Below are positions 37,701 to 48,773 of a stretch of DNA of 64,000 bases, piece by piece. The position numbers and the translations under genes were made by a program. The stretch covers positions 62,001 through 126,000 of IMG/VR virus record IMGVR_UViG_3300017917_001123; one strand, 5' to 3'. The notes under the pieces were generated by a model. It did not search any database, had not been told where the DNA came from, and saw nothing but the letters and a program-made list of their open reading frames with translations. Numbering within the stretch: the stretch's first letter is position 1; each line of letters begins with the position of its first letter.

Positions 37701-40700
37701 ATCTTTGCCAGGCATTCCTGGTTCTGGGGCATAGTAGTTTTCAATTCTATCAATAGCGTTGAATATTTCTACACTCTTCTTATATTCTAATGTTAAAGTA
37801 ATATTCTTTACAGGAACAAAAGAAAGGACCAATCTAGCATACTTCTTGCTATATGTCAATCCGTTAGTATTAGTAAAGTCTTGCTCAAAATATTCGATTG
37901 TAAATTTATCGTTTAGAACCAAAGAACCAGCTTGAGTTAACTTAATTCCATTTCTATCAGGCTGAGGTACCCATGTTAATAAGAACTCATAAGTAGAGCC
38001 ATCGCCTGTAAATTGATCAACAACATTAACATTCTGAACTTCTTTATTGTAAGAAATTCTATCAAACTTTAGAGTCAAGTTGTTTGCTCTAACTTTTCTG
38101 TTGCCTAATCGAGCCGATGCTCTTGCTTGTTTTCCTCCTAATCCTAGGCCGCCTTCTAATACAATAGTCGGTGTTACGGTGTATCCTGTTCCAGGATTTG
38201 TTACAGCTATTTCGTAAACTTTGCCTAAACTAATATATGCTTCAGCAGTTGCCCCAGTTCCAAAATCTCCAGGCGCTGGAATGATTTTTACAACAGGTGG
38301 CACAATGTAATCTGACCCTTGATCAACCACTACAATGCTATCAATAAAATTAGTATAGTTGTCAAACCAAGCACGATAAGGATACTGTAATACCTGAGTG
38401 CTTGTTGATGATAAAGAAATAAACTTATTGTTAACTGAATCATAGTACGGTGGTAAGTCAAAGTCAGACACAAACGTATTTGTATCGTCAACTGCTCCAT
38501 ACTTAACGGTAAAGTTTCTTATCTTAGTGTGATAAGGTTTAACTTCGTTGATCCAGTCCTCGTAATAAGAACTGTCTTGTAGTTTATATGTAGGACGCTG
38601 ATCTAAAAGACCAGCATTGTTTGTTACGTTAATAAACGAAGTTTTAAATGCCCACTCTAAAGATTGTTGTTCTTGTAAAGCATACTTGACGGCTTTGAAG
38701 AAGAACTTATTCCAATAAGGTTTTAACACACCAACAAATAAATCATCTTTGATCGCACGTAAGATGTAAACTAGCTCTTGGTTAATGCTTTGGTCAAACA
38801 ATGTTTGGTCAAATGCCGCAACTTCGTCAAACGCATAGTCTGTTAACGTATCATTCCAAATCTTGTCAACAATTTGGATGGTTCCTTGTTCTTCGTAGAC
38901 TACATCCCAGTTCTTATCCCAAGTACCGACTGTGCCTGTTTCTGTCTTGCGAACAACCATAAAGGTGCCGTTGCCAGAATTTTTAACTTTAACATACTCA
39001 CCTGCTGATACATCTAAAGAGGTTAGCTCATACGGTTCAGTAACAGTATCGGCAAAGTCCTGTAAAGGATTATAAGAATCTGCTTGCCAATCTACATATT
39101 TCCATAATAGACGTGTATCGTATTTTTGTGTTTCAATACGAATCCACTCTTTAACTTCTTGATCCCAAGCAAACTTTGTCCAAAAGCCGTTTGCCGCTTG
39201 GTCTGCTTGAACAATTACGGTGTATGGTCGCACAACTAGTTTAGGAACTGAAGTAAATCCGCGGCCTGCGCTTTCGACATAAGCACCTGTAATTTGACCA
39301 ATGTCGTTGACGATTGTCTTAATAACTGCGTCAAAACCAGTACCTTGAATTTCGACTGTAGGCGGTCTTTGTGAGTTGTAACCGTTTCCTGATTTAGTTA
39401 CTACAACTTTATCAATTTGACCATTTTTAGTAATTGTACAAGCTAGCTCTGCTTGTTGTAGGCCTCTTGTAATGATAGTCGATAAAACGTAGTTGTCTTC
39501 AACTATTACATCATATTCGTTAAGCAACTCGTCAGGTATTTGATCAAACGCATTTAAGTTATCAAAATCACATAACTTAACTACACGCTCCTTTAAAAGA
39601 ACAGAGTTTGTCCAAGTAATAAGATTTCGTAATGCCTCTAGTCTGTTAACAAACATACTTTGACGAGGTCTAATTGAAATGCCGTAACGCTGATTAGCTG
39701 ATAAATCTGTATCAGGAACTGTATTTCCTATAGCGTCAAATCCAGATAAACTATCAATTAACTTACGCTCAAGTAGTACAGGAGGTACGCTGAACTCGTC
39801 GTTTTCTTGTAACAACAGCCATTCAGTATGGCGCGGTGCCGATTCAGCAACGGTATCAATGTTTAGATGTAGGTTAACATCGGATGACTGAATAGTTTCT
39901 TTAATGTTAACTAAAGAAATACTATCTTTGTTTAAAACGTTGATTGCTTTAACATTCTGTCCTTTAGGATCAGCAATTAAACCAGCAACACCCAATGCGC
40001 TCAAACGGCGGCCGACTGCTTCAGCAGGAATGTTTACTTTGTTCTTAACCCAGTAGTAATAAACGTTTGTGAATTGCTGAGTGATTGAATTGTAGACTTG
40101 TTTGATACTTAAAACAGAATTGTCTGGATATCTTGGTTGGCCACTAATACCTTTAATCAAACCTTCGTTAGTATCAGCAATAGCCGACCATTCGCTTGGT
40201 AGATATTCAGAGCGGACCCATTCATATACATTAATAGAGCTACCAGGGAATGTAGTGCCCCAGTTATTCTTGCGATAATCTAAGTCGCCTTGTTCGTACC
40301 AAATGTACTTAACTGATCCAGTATCCCACCACAACTGACCAACATTATCGTCAATCCAGTTAGTGTTAGAATCAACTGTTACACCAGAATTTCCTAGACT
40401 GTAGACCGCAGGGTCAAACATAGTTTTATATGTTAGCTCTTGGTCGGCAGCGCCGGAAATTTTACCTTTCATTGGGTCGATGATTGACAAGTAGTCTTGA
40501 ATTCTATCGTGCTCAACATCAATTGTAAATGCTTTCTTGAGAGCGCCAATATCAATTAAACTATCTTGTTTTCTAATTTCAGCCCAGCTGTTTAGCGAAG
40601 TATCTTGTTTAACAAAGATTAAAATTTCTCCGTTGTTTGGACCATCTTCTGTGGTAGCTGTCGGAGCTCCAACATACAAGTGATCGTTAGACTGAGCTAT

Positions 40701-43700
40701 ACTTAGACCAAAGTTGCTGTTCTCATTAATAAGAATACTGTCTAAATCTTGAGCATAACTGAAGTATGTGTTGTATCTATTAAAGACACTAACCTGGCCT
40801 GCGTTTCTAATTGCGCTAAAGAACTTTGTACTATTTCCGTCGAATGTAGTCTTAAGAGTTCTTTTAACTGACTCTGGATCATTTACAAATTCCTGATCTT
40901 GATTCTGCGAACCAGGATACAGTTTTCTTGAGTAATTGTCAAAAGTAGTTGTCTTTGAATACAAATCTCCTAGACCGGTAATTACTAAATTTTGATTATC
41001 TTCATCAATACAAATGTCTGCTCCAAATACTGTGTTAGCAGTTTTGTTTGGATTTTCAATATTTTGTAGCCAGCTGTAATTTGTACCGTTCCACTTCCAT
41101 ACCGATACGAGGCCTTGACCGTAAATGGTTTGTTTACCCGGAGCCGAAATAAAGATGTAGTTTCCGTCTCGGGTCATAACAACTTTAGCGCCAAGATTGT
41201 CACCATAGCTAATAACGCCATTCAATCCATCGTCGTTCTTGTCAATAGTTTGAAGTAATGTATAAGTGTTTCCGTTTTTAACAAAGACTTCAACTGCGCC
41301 AGTGTTAGTAATATAGCCAGGAGCACCTACTGCCACTTTTGTTAGATCGTTATTTGCGCCAATGCTGTAACCAAACTTGCTACCAGCTACTGCTATAGTA
41401 GAAGGAAGAACAGTTTGTGAAGGGTCAACAAATACTGACTGTGTAGATGTTGAAACGCCAAGTTCAAATTCAACTACCGCATCAAGACCATTTGTACTGC
41501 TAAATTGAATTGTAGGAACAGTAGTGTAACCGTATCCAGGGTTATCAATAGTAACAGAAAGAATTTGACCGTTAACTAGCGTTGGATCATCTTGAAGTTC
41601 TTGAGCCGAGTAAGTAGTTACTGATGAAATACGTGCGGTTGCGTTAACACCGCCTGGCAGATTAGGAGCACTAACTGTTACTACTGTAGAAGTCGAATAT
41701 CTTCTTCCTGGGTCGTTAACTGTAGCACTAAGAACACTACCACCCATGTGATATACGTAAACTTTACCGGCAACACCATCGCCGGGTGCGCCAACTAAAA
41801 ATACTTTGTTGACTGTTCCTGTATTAACAGCAATATCATAACCAAACTGTCCGCCGGAAGTTGGATTAGGACTTGTTAAAACACCAAGAGTTAAATCGTC
41901 TTGCTCTGGTCTATAGATATGAGTAATCTTAACAAGACCTGCGTAGTTAGCAACTGTAGCAAAAGCTCCAGGATTTGCGTAACGTACATTATTAATTAAC
42001 GGGCCTGCTTTAACTTGGCTAGCATTTGGCGCACCCGCAAAAATTAAATCGTGTGCTTTGTCATACTTTAAACTAAAACCAAAGTTGCTCGGAATTGAAG
42101 AGGTATAATAATCAGTATTACCAACATCGTTTAATCTGTATGATAGTAACGGTGCGGCATCTGTGTTTTTTGCTGTGCTTCTTTCATAAACTGTAACAAG
42201 ACCTTTGCCGTAGTTAATATCCTCATATGTAGGAGCACTTACAGCAAATGTACTAGTAGTGGATTCGATCGAAACTCTAAAACCATAAAGCTGACCGGTG
42301 TTGTCTGCTCCGCTAGTTAAAACAGATGGCTGGTAGTTGTTAATCTTTTCATAGACAACAAACTTACCTTCTCCGTTGTCGTCTACCCAAATTTTATCTC
42401 CAAATGAAGTATTTGTTAATCTTTCTAAAGATCTTAAATCGTCAAAGCTAGAGAATCTAACTGATATAAATTTAAAGAGTTGGCCAATAAAAATAGATAA
42501 ACTTGGCGGGGCGTCAAGTCTAATAAATCTCGACACTGAAAAATCTTGATTTGATGTATGTTCAGAAGTACACTTGTAGTAGTCGCCTCTATAGTAAACT
42601 ATATCGCCTACAGCATAGAAAGAGTTTTCAGCCCATGTAACATAAGGGGCTTCATCAAGAGGTGTTGATGAAAGATCTGTAGCAACAACAAATGTTGTTG
42701 GGCTTGGACAACGTAGAACCGCATACACCTTGTTTAGTTCTGTTTTATATCTTGATACTGCGACAAGGTCTCCGGGTTGTAGGCCGTGCGGAGCACTTGT
42801 TAAAAACTGTCCGGTATTTCCCGGAACTAAGATGTTAAAGTCAATTACTCTATAAGATAAACGAGTATAACGCAATACATCCCAATCGCCGTCTTCACGG
42901 AAACCTACCCAGAATGTTGCGCCTTCTTTAATGCCGTCAACATTTCCAATATCAAGCAGACTGTTTCTATTAAAAGCAGTAGCAGTAACATCATCTAATC
43001 TTACATAACCAGCAACTGGCAACTCTGGAACATAGTCTTTAAAACTAATGTCAGTGGTTGGGAATACATTTGCAAAGTCGTAATCTTCTGGTTTAACTAA
43101 AACATCATCAACTGGTTTATAGTATATAAAGTCGTTGTTATTTCTAGCATAGTCTGTAAACTTGATAATTTGAGGATTTTGAACAAACTCACTGTCATCT
43201 AATTTAATTTCAAGCTCTTGATAGCTATTGTAGCCACCGAAGTGACCAATTCTAAATGCCCAGCTTTCGTTAAAAGTTGCTTCGCCTTTTAGTTGGTTAA
43301 CTGTTGCTTTAGCAATCTTATTGATTGCGTTGGCTGTACCTTTTTCACGAATATAACCTTGGTAGAATTTATATTGTGCGATAGGATCGTTAAAGATATT
43401 ATCTAGGTAACTACGAGGGCTGTAACCTGTTAGGTGTTGGGCCATCCTTTGTTGACCAATATCAAAGTTGTCAATGTCTAAACTATAAAAGTCTTCGAAC
43501 TGACCGATCTTGTATTCAAAGTTTGGAATTAGATCAGCAACCGGCTTGTTAGAGATTTGATTCCAATTACTAAAATTAAATTCAGCACTTCCAAAAATTT
43601 CAGACGCTTTTGGAGAATAATATCTTCCATTGTAGCGAACAATCTCTCCAGGGTAGTAATCTTTGTATGCTTGCCAATCGTTGATAGTTGCTTCATCAAA

Positions 43701-46700
43701 CACAAAACCGGGACTAGATAATCCACCATTCCACTCGCTAGTTCTAAAACCAATTAACTTGGCTCTACGCTGACGATATCCTGTTTCAATGTCATAAATG
43801 ATATCGTTAAACATACTAAAGTTATTGAAAACAATAGCGTGTTGCTTTTGTACAATATTGAACTGAGCAAAATATAAACCAACCTTAGGTAAAGTTACTT
43901 CAATTGTAAACTCATCGTCAATACGAGCACAATTGTGCATTTCATGAGGTAGCGCAGAACCGTCAGCAGTTAATAAACTATACTCATAGAACTGATTTGT
44001 AATGTTGTCAACAACACCGTAAATAGGATCTCGTGTTCCGGCAACTGTACTAAATTTTAGCTGTTGGGCAAAAGGGCTTAGAGTAATAATTGAACCGTTA
44101 GTCCAATTTTGTGTAGACCAGAACATAAATTCTCTAGCACTGAATTCCCAGTTTAAAATTTCCTTAAAGTCTTCTTGAAGGAAATCAAATACAAATCCTT
44201 GATTTTCTAGATAGCGTCCGTATCCAAGAATAAAATCAACAACTTCTTGAATCGAATCAAACTTAGTTCCGTATGGAATAATCGTTTCAGTTTCAGAGTA
44301 TTCAACTGCCTTGGCGATTGTTAGTCCGCCAGTAATTGGCAGAGAAGGTAATTTTTGAAATTTATCAGTATCAAATGTGTTTAAAGAAGTATGGCTCTTA
44401 ACTGTTCTGAAGAACTCGTTATTATGGAATACAACCTGTCCTGTTTGATAAAACTTTTCTTCAGACCATGTAACATACGATTCAGACTTGCCACCAACAC
44501 GCAATTCTCTATCTTGTAAACTATGAATTGGAGTAACAACTTTAAAGTAAGGTCTGTACTTATCATACCCTCTTACAGCATAAGATGCGTTATTTTTTTG
44601 AATTAAAATTCCGCTAATGTTAAATGTAAAAATTGGGTTAGATGTTGATAATACGATTTCGTAATCTTCCTGAGGTAGTAAAACACCAGGATTGGTACTT
44701 GTTGGATCAACAGAATCAATAATAACACGCAGTTTGTCTTTGTTAATAAAACCTTCGGCTTTATACATTAGCTGATAGTTAATGTTGATAATAGCTTCCT
44801 TCATTTCTGTTAGGAAGTTTTCTGTTCTTTGAAGTCCTGCTTCGATTAAGAAAACACTATAGCCGGACGCAACTTGTCTTTCTCCGGCTACGACATCTCT
44901 ATATAGAATAACATTATCTAGTTTTAAAAGTTCTTCGTTATCGCCGTAACTGTATTGGCCAGCAACTGATTTTTTAATTCTGCTAGGATCAAACATTAAA
45001 CTAGCGTATGCGCTAGGTTTAGTTAAAGCCATTAAAATTTGAACAGCAAACGGCCAAAGACTTGAACGTCTCCATGCCGCTTCAGCAGGAGCACAATCAC
45101 CGAACTTCCAAGCCTGATCAATCTTAGTCAAGTCAACTTCTTGTGCGATTCCAATTTGAATAGGATCTAACAGATTACCGTATTCGTCAACCGGAAGAAT
45201 ATCAAATAAGTTTGGTCTAGCATATTTGTTGTCAATACCTGCTCTTGTTCCTTGTTTGACCACTCCATCTCTCAAATCAGACCAAAGGATTTTATTTCCA
45301 GCTGTGTATGGTTTAGTTCCATATTCTGATTCCCACCAGCTCGGCTGTTCACTAAATCCAAGCATTTCCCAAGGATGGGTGTGAGGACGATCGGTGTCAT
45401 AGAAATACTTGTAGATTCCTCTCCAGTATCCTGGTAGTGATAGTCCAGTGTTTTTATCTTTAGAACTAGTTCTAAAATTGTAAGTCCACTGTGTATCTTC
45501 TTGTAGGTTGTTTGTTGTATAATCAACTCCGCTGTTTCCTGCCCATTTTAAGAAATCGGAAGAAAGAATATTCATAACTTCAGCATAGCTGAAATCTTTT
45601 GTACGATATGCTCCTGGCAGAATTTCGTTAATGTCAACTAAATCTGTGTTATAAGTTGCCTTAATATTGTTATAGATTCTCTTTTCAAACTCAAGAATAA
45701 TATCATCTCTATAATCATTAAAAGCAACAATGATGCTACCGTCGTGACCTTGAATAACTTTAGTAGGAGTTACATAAGTGTTATCGATATAGATAGATGG
45801 TTCAAACTTTGGGAACAATCCTAACTTTGTCGGTGTAGGAGGAACATAACATCCTTCTGTAGTTCTGTAATCTTTAATTTCAATTCGATCGCCTTCAGCA
45901 AGGTTAATAGAGAAAGTAACACTTGGATCAAAAGGATCAAAGGTGTAATCTTTTCCTAATAACAACTGAGTTCCGTTTAGGTATACCAGAATAGCACGTT
46001 CGCTAAGTTGAGAAGTATTGAATGCTGTAGATAAGCTATAGCTCTTGATTCTTGTATTAGTAACAGTATAAGTTCTTGGTACAAAATCTTTTCCGTAGGT
46101 TAGCATATCGCTATAACCATATGGGAACTTAACATCTTTACCTGCGTTAAGTTCAGTTAGAATAGCATCAACTGCGTCAGCCGGCGATGTTTCTACCGCA
46201 ATGCTTGAAGTCTTGTAGATAAAAGAATTCTTGTAGTAGAAATAATCATAAGCAACTTTTCTAATAGCAGGAACAACATTGTATTCTTTCTGTCCTAAAA
46301 AGAATTGAGCAAAACTTAATGGATGCTGATGACTAATTAGACGAGTTCCGTACTGACAAATATCTCCCGCATCTCTAAAATTATTTGCGCCATTAATTTC
46401 GCCGCTAAAATCTGGCCAACGTTCGCAAATAGTTTTGTAGTGGTCTGACATCTGTGCTAGAGTAACTTGACCAATTGGTCCGTTCTTAGGATTATTAGTA
46501 AGCGCAAGACTTGGCTCGTAGTAGCCTAATTTATTGGCGGCTCTATTTGTGTAAATCTTACATAGCACTCGATCGTGAGGTTTTAAATTGTTGTTAAAGG
46601 CAACAAAGTATTGCTGATCCTGAGTAATAAAATAAAAATCTACATCAGGTGTTTGTTTCTTATCGTTTAACCAAACATCGATTGTTAAGTTTGGTGTCCA

Positions 46701-48761
46701 CCCAGGATAATCAATCGCGGTAATTTCTACGTTGTTTGAAGTTTCAGTAATTAAATTGTACTGAAGGATTGGAATTTCAGAAGCAATAGTTTCTTCCCAA
46801 ACGTTTGTATATACAACATCAGAGTCAGTAGTAATCTTTAAGTAACCTGAACTTGTTGGGAATAGAATGTTTTCGCCTGTATTAGAAATAACAAAGCGAT
46901 CTGTATTAAAATAGTTAGTGAATAAGAAATCGCCAATATTAGCAACGTTTAAGAATTTTAAGTTTAAACCTAAAACGCTGTCATAGACATTTCCCTCAGC
47001 GTAGCCAAAAATCTTAGTACCAGAAAAAGAACCTTGATAGAAATTAATATTGCTAAAACTGATTCCGTTTTCGTCAAACAAATCAAACATAGGTGCTTGA
47101 TTTAAAGAAGATTTTTGTTGAGATAATAACCATTTTGAGTTTGTGTCATCCCAATGCCACGATGCGCCTTTATAAGAATTACCATTAGCAGTAACAATAG
47201 AGGCTCCGTCAAATGGAACTCCATTTAAATCTTCTACTAGATTAATTCTTTGATTGCCTTCAATGTTTTCAAATTTAACTTCGTAAACACGACCGCGAAC
47301 CAATGGATCGGTATCGGCATTAAAAATTACTCGATAGCCTTCTTCTAATAGAATACCATCAATATAGTAACCGGCTGATTTTTCTACTTTGCTAAAAGCA
47401 TCTAATGTTGTATTGTCAATCAGATGAACATTTGACATTGCCTTAAGACCAAAGTTGTAGAGTTTAATATTTGCTTCAAACTCAATAATAGGTCTTTGCG
47501 CTCTTTTGTTAACAGGATAGACAGGATCTACTCCGTTTGCTTTTGCGGCAGTAGTAATAACATCTTTATGGAACCAACGATTGTAACGTGTCCATGGATT
47601 TAAGTCAGCACTAGCGCGGTTAATAGTAATATACTCTGGTGTAATTGGAGCATTACTAAAATCGTCAAAAGGAAATTTGTCAAAAGGCTCAACGTCAAAA
47701 TCTGTATCTAAATTATTTGCCGCAGAAACATTATTTTGTAGGCTGTCAAAATCAACCAATACAATCTTACGGCCAACACCTTGGACTAAAAATCTGCGAT
47801 TGCGATATGAAGATGGCGTTACACTTTCTGTAAAATAAACCATCAGCCCGTTAGTAAATTCAACGTTGTTACCAGAACGATATGTCTTCTTTCCTAGAAT
47901 ATCTTTTTCAACATCTAGTTTAGTATTTTCTACTAACTTCTTAACATTAATTCTACCAACAACTCTATTGTCGTCTCCGGCAACGTAGTACAGTACCGGA
48001 GGAGTAGTGTCATCTATTGTTAAGATAACCTGTCCTTCCATTTTCCCATTGTTAACTACTTTTTCATATTGGTCTTCTTTACCGTAACTAATAGCAGTCT
48101 TAATATAAAAACTGTGTTTAGATGTTACGTTAAAGACATAGGTCATTCCTCTATAAAGTGTCAACAGAGGATTTGGAGTCAATCCGTCCGGACTTAATAA
48201 CCAAGTATCAGTGCCGTCATTGTTATCTGTTACAGTATAGGTGCTAACAGTTTCTTTTTGTGGTCCAGTAATTTGAACAGGATCTGGGCCTGCTTCTAAC
48301 CAATAGTATTGATTATAGTTTACAAACTTATCAAGGTCGATATGCGGATTGAAAGTAAATGTTTTTGGTTTTAAAATTCTGTTGTGATTAGAAATTTCAG
48401 CACCAAAAAATTCTAACTGCTTTAAAAAATCATCGTAAGTAACTGCTTTAGTAATTTGACCTCTTTCGTCTCGAATTACCATTGCAGGTTCTAACTGATA
48501 GTCTTTAGCCAGTTCTGTTGTACTGTCTAAATAGGTATCAGTTTCTGGATTATATGTTGGAGTAATTGTGCTACCGACGTATCCGTTGATACGCTCAATC
48601 TGGGGAACTTCAATTAACTTATCTAATGTAGCAGTTAAAAACTTTTTATTTTTATCTGTCTGAATATAGGCAGGGAGTAGATCAACTGCTTTTCTTTGAT
48701 GGTCTGACGCTTCTGCGTTGTATGCGTCGACTAACTGATTGCTACTTGGTTTTCTTTTCAT
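34779..48761 (-). CDS. giant (4660 aa) baseplate wedge-like virion protein
   Basis: Uninterrupted 14-kb ORF directly downstream of gp6 (the T4 gp7 position); FG-GAP propeller repeats; three W-x4-Y-x2-G-x2-V carbohydrate-binding-like modules. Confidence 0.8.
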   Translation of the reverse strand: MKRKPSSNQLVDAYNAEASDHQRKAVDLLPAYIQTDKNKKFLTATLDKLIEVPQIERINGYVGSTITPTYNPETDTYLDSTTELAKDYQLEPAMVIRDERGQITKAVTYDDFLKQLEFFGAEISNHNRILKPKTFTFNPHIDLDKFVNYNQYYWLEAGPDPVQITGPQKETVSTYTVTDNNDGTDTWLLSPDGLTPNPLLTLYRGMTYVFNVTSKHSFYIKTAISYGKEDQYEKVVNNGKMEGQVILTIDDTTPPVLYYVAGDDNRVVGRINVKKLVENTKLDVEKDILGKKTYRSGNNVEFTNGLMVYFTESVTPSSYRNRRFLVQGVGRKIVLVDFDSLQNNVSAANNLDTDFDVEPFDKFPFDDFSNAPITPEYITINRASADLNPWTRYNRWFHKDVITTAAKANGVDPVYPVNKRAQRPIIEFEANIKLYNFGLKAMSNVHLIDNTTLDAFSKVEKSAGYYIDGILLEEGYRVIFNADTDPLVRGRVYEVKFENIEGNQRINLVEDLNGVPFDGASIVTANGNSYKGASWHWDDTNSKWLLSQQKSSLNQAPMFDLFDENGISFSNINFYQGSFSGTKIFGYAEGNVYDSVLGLNLKFLNVANIGDFLFTNYFNTDRFVISNTGENILFPTSSGYLKITTDSDVVYTNVWEETIASEIPILQYNLITETSNNVEITAIDYPGWTPNLTIDVWLNDKKQTPDVDFYFITQDQQYFVAFNNNLKPHDRVLCKIYTNRAANKLGYYEPSLALTNNPKNGPIGQVTLAQMSDHYKTICERWPDFSGEINGANNFRDAGDICQYGTRLISHQHPLSFAQFFLGQKEYNVVPAIRKVAYDYFYYKNSFIYKTSSIAVETSPADAVDAILTELNAGKDVKFPYGYSDMLTYGKDFVPRTYTVTNTRIKSYSLSTAFNTSQLSERAILVYLNGTQLLLGKDYTFDPFDPSVTFSINLAEGDRIEIKDYRTTEGCYVPPTPTKLGLFPKFEPSIYIDNTYVTPTKVIQGHDGSIIVAFNDYRDDIILEFEKRIYNNIKATYNTDLVDINEILPGAYRTKDFSYAEVMNILSSDFLKWAGNSGVDYTTNNLQEDTQWTYNFRTSSKDKNTGLSLPGYWRGIYKYFYDTDRPHTHPWEMLGFSEQPSWWESEYGTKPYTAGNKILWSDLRDGVVKQGTRAGIDNKYARPNLFDILPVDEYGNLLDPIQIGIAQEVDLTKIDQAWKFGDCAPAEAAWRRSSLWPFAVQILMALTKPSAYASLMFDPSRIKKSVAGQYSYGDNEELLKLDNVILYRDVVAGERQVASGYSVFLIEAGLQRTENFLTEMKEAIININYQLMYKAEGFINKDKLRVIIDSVDPTSTNPGVLLPQEDYEIVLSTSNPIFTFNISGILIQKNNASYAVRGYDKYRPYFKVVTPIHSLQDRELRVGGKSESYVTWSEEKFYQTGQVVFHNNEFFRTVKSHTSLNTFDTDKFQKLPSLPITGGLTIAKAVEYSETETIIPYGTKFDSIQEVVDFILGYGRYLENQGFVFDFLQEDFKEILNWEFSAREFMFWSTQNWTNGSIITLSPFAQQLKFSTVAGTRDPIYGVVDNITNQFYEYSLLTADGSALPHEMHNCARIDDEFTIEVTLPKVGLYFAQFNIVQKQHAIVFNNFSMFNDIIYDIETGYRQRRAKLIGFRTSEWNGGLSSPGFVFDEATINDWQAYKDYYPGEIVRYNGRYYSPKASEIFGSAEFNFSNWNQISNKPVADLIPNFEYKIGQFEDFYSLDIDNFDIGQQRMAQHLTGYSPRSYLDNIFNDPIAQYKFYQGYIREKGTANAINKIAKATVNQLKGEATFNESWAFRIGHFGGYNSYQELEIKLDDSEFVQNPQIIKFTDYARNNNDFIYYKPVDDVLVKPEDYDFANVFPTTDISFKDYVPELPVAGYVRLDDVTATAFNRNSLLDIGNVDGIKEGATFWVGFREDGDWDVLRYTRLSYRVIDFNILVPGNTGQFLTSAPHGLQPGDLVAVSRYKTELNKVYAVLRCPSPTTFVVATDLSSTPLDEAPYVTWAENSFYAVGDIVYYRGDYYKCTSEHTSNQDFSVSRFIRLDAPPSLSIFIGQLFKFISVRFSSFDDLRSLERLTNTSFGDKIWVDDNGEGKFVVYEKINNYQPSVLTSGADNTGQLYGFRVSIESTTSTFAVSAPTYEDINYGKGLVTVYERSTAKNTDAAPLLSYRLNDVGNTDYYTSSIPSNFGFSLKYDKAHDLIFAGAPNASQVKAGPLINNVRYANPGAFATVANYAGLVKITHIYRPEQDDLTLGVLTSPNPTSGGQFGYDIAVNTGTVNKVFLVGAPGDGVAGKVYVYHMGGSVLSATVNDPGRRYSTSTVVTVSAPNLPGGVNATARISSVTTYSAQELQDDPTLVNGQILSVTIDNPGYGYTTVPTIQFSSTNGLDAVVEFELGVSTSTQSVFVDPSQTVLPSTIAVAGSKFGYSIGANNDLTKVAVGAPGYITNTGAVEVFVKNGNTYTLLQTIDKNDDGLNGVISYGDNLGAKVVMTRDGNYIFISAPGKQTIYGQGLVSVWKWNGTNYSWLQNIENPNKTANTVFGADICIDEDNQNLVITGLGDLYSKTTTFDNYSRKLYPGSQNQDQEFVNDPESVKRTLKTTFDGNSTKFFSAIRNAGQVSVFNRYNTYFSYAQDLDSILINENSNFGLSIAQSNDHLYVGAPTATTEDGPNNGEILIFVKQDTSLNSWAEIRKQDSLIDIGALKKAFTIDVEHDRIQDYLSIIDPMKGKISGAADQELTYKTMFDPAVYSLGNSGVTVDSNTNWIDDNVGQLWWDTGSVKYIWYEQGDLDYRKNNWGTTFPGSSINVYEWVRSEYLPSEWSAIADTNEGLIKGISGQPRYPDNSVLSIKQVYNSITQQFTNVYYYWVKNKVNIPAEAVGRRLSALGVAGLIADPKGQNVKAINVLNKDSISLVNIKETIQSSDVNLHLNIDTVAESAPRHTEWLLLQENDEFSVPPVLLERKLIDSLSGFDAIGNTVPDTDLSANQRYGISIRPRQSMFVNRLEALRNLITWTNSVLLKERVVKLCDFDNLNAFDQIPDELLNEYDVIVEDNYVLSTIITRGLQQAELACTITKNGQIDKVVVTKSGNGYNSQRPPTVEIQGTGFDAVIKTIVNDIGQITGAYVESAGRGFTSVPKLVVRPYTVIVQADQAANGFWTKFAWDQEVKEWIRIETQKYDTRLLWKYVDWQADSYNPLQDFADTVTEPYELTSLDVSAGEYVKVKNSGNGTFMVVRKTETGTVGTWDKNWDVVYEEQGTIQIVDKIWNDTLTDYAFDEVAAFDQTLFDQSINQELVYILRAIKDDLFVGVLKPYWNKFFFKAVKYALQEQQSLEWAFKTSFINVTNNAGLLDQRPTYKLQDSSYYEDWINEVKPYHTKIRNFTVKYGAVDDTNTFVSDFDLPPYYDSVNNKFISLSSTSTQVLQYPYRAWFDNYTNFIDSIVVVDQGSDYIVPPVVKIIPAPGDFGTGATAEAYISLGKVYEIAVTNPGTGYTVTPTIVLEGGLGLGGKQARASARLGNRKVRANNLTLKFDRISYNKEVQNVNVVDQFTGDGSTYEFLLTWVPQPDRNGIKLTQAGSLVLNDKFTIEYFEQDFTNTNGLTYSKKYARLVLSFVPVKNITLTLEYKKSVEIFNAIDRIENYYAPEPGMPGKDPDQLMTGLSYGGVKVDTLPFSYSSAWDTLKWWEGAWDSYASETNYGVVKDPQLGYASQLVDLQAQAANADFEVGFWTSRINQLNQDLSVTSPFIPVGPNQFVPNPGYQYLLSQLAQAQGQLGYWTSRKNSLDNQVLFLLDGNVPVTTPFNVSTGTFINVYINTGTGVNVRIDQSTSTAVIPTIVGQGSTSTVYVPLTYFSTVSSNIITFRDQSSDGTVLPADPDALDAVISGGDLDSVILGIAPSDIVIDGYKFIDPTSSYAPEEMLPGQIQESVGISVFEQKSEASPLIVNRRFELGGSPTYPLGIKVASTASVFVLTDVKPLRYAVDYTVNPIANTITLTQAVPGATWLSVSAMTLGGQGLVDYQIVKSQPGSTSTTVVSAVALKNIKDAYVVVNGTEWTDFVVEAAPGRAKNKTPKGAIRVLHNTIGTKEIQVWAFNQDPKAFSQVHEQIFQNVNIQQDSFTLSQPPGVIQPHHSQVIVEWNGRRLLPPQVSYYVVEPGQVEFDVDPNDPLIAGQATLVNTEVYRNGEKLVPGVDFQLTPPPTRVLFPAEKVSTGDAIAIAVLSGHQYKIEAGQLVLVNVPRAQAGADTMRVVTFTNHDGSKIRKERFAGNRAGKYVMSRPIVNTNYVWVEYNGKPLINDLDYSVDEDLVTVKVRDDFYNSSTDKVVIMSLSDNAYKGAISYRMFTDILGRTSYKRLSSAYSTKLTQPLIATDSKIFVDNAGVLTPPNPEKNLPGVVYIAGERIEFFRVANNELSQLRRGTLGTGVLDGLPTGTLVIDQGRGQNLPATDTTEIERFTSTVTTNVYTLTSITVSGTVTKTWVDPTTGIAKLLDAPPLTDMFEVLYGGVPLLKPTSNAVVTTDTEIAYDSGQNDSFGTPSTSTVSAQFTMSSVIINNNEYPVLHFGFNVQPGVEVFVSKRTGQIFENTTVFSFLEETPGVLPSEDYYPGDPIIILETGAVLTDEDENPLEGI

Positions 48762-48773
48762 TGTACTCTTCTG

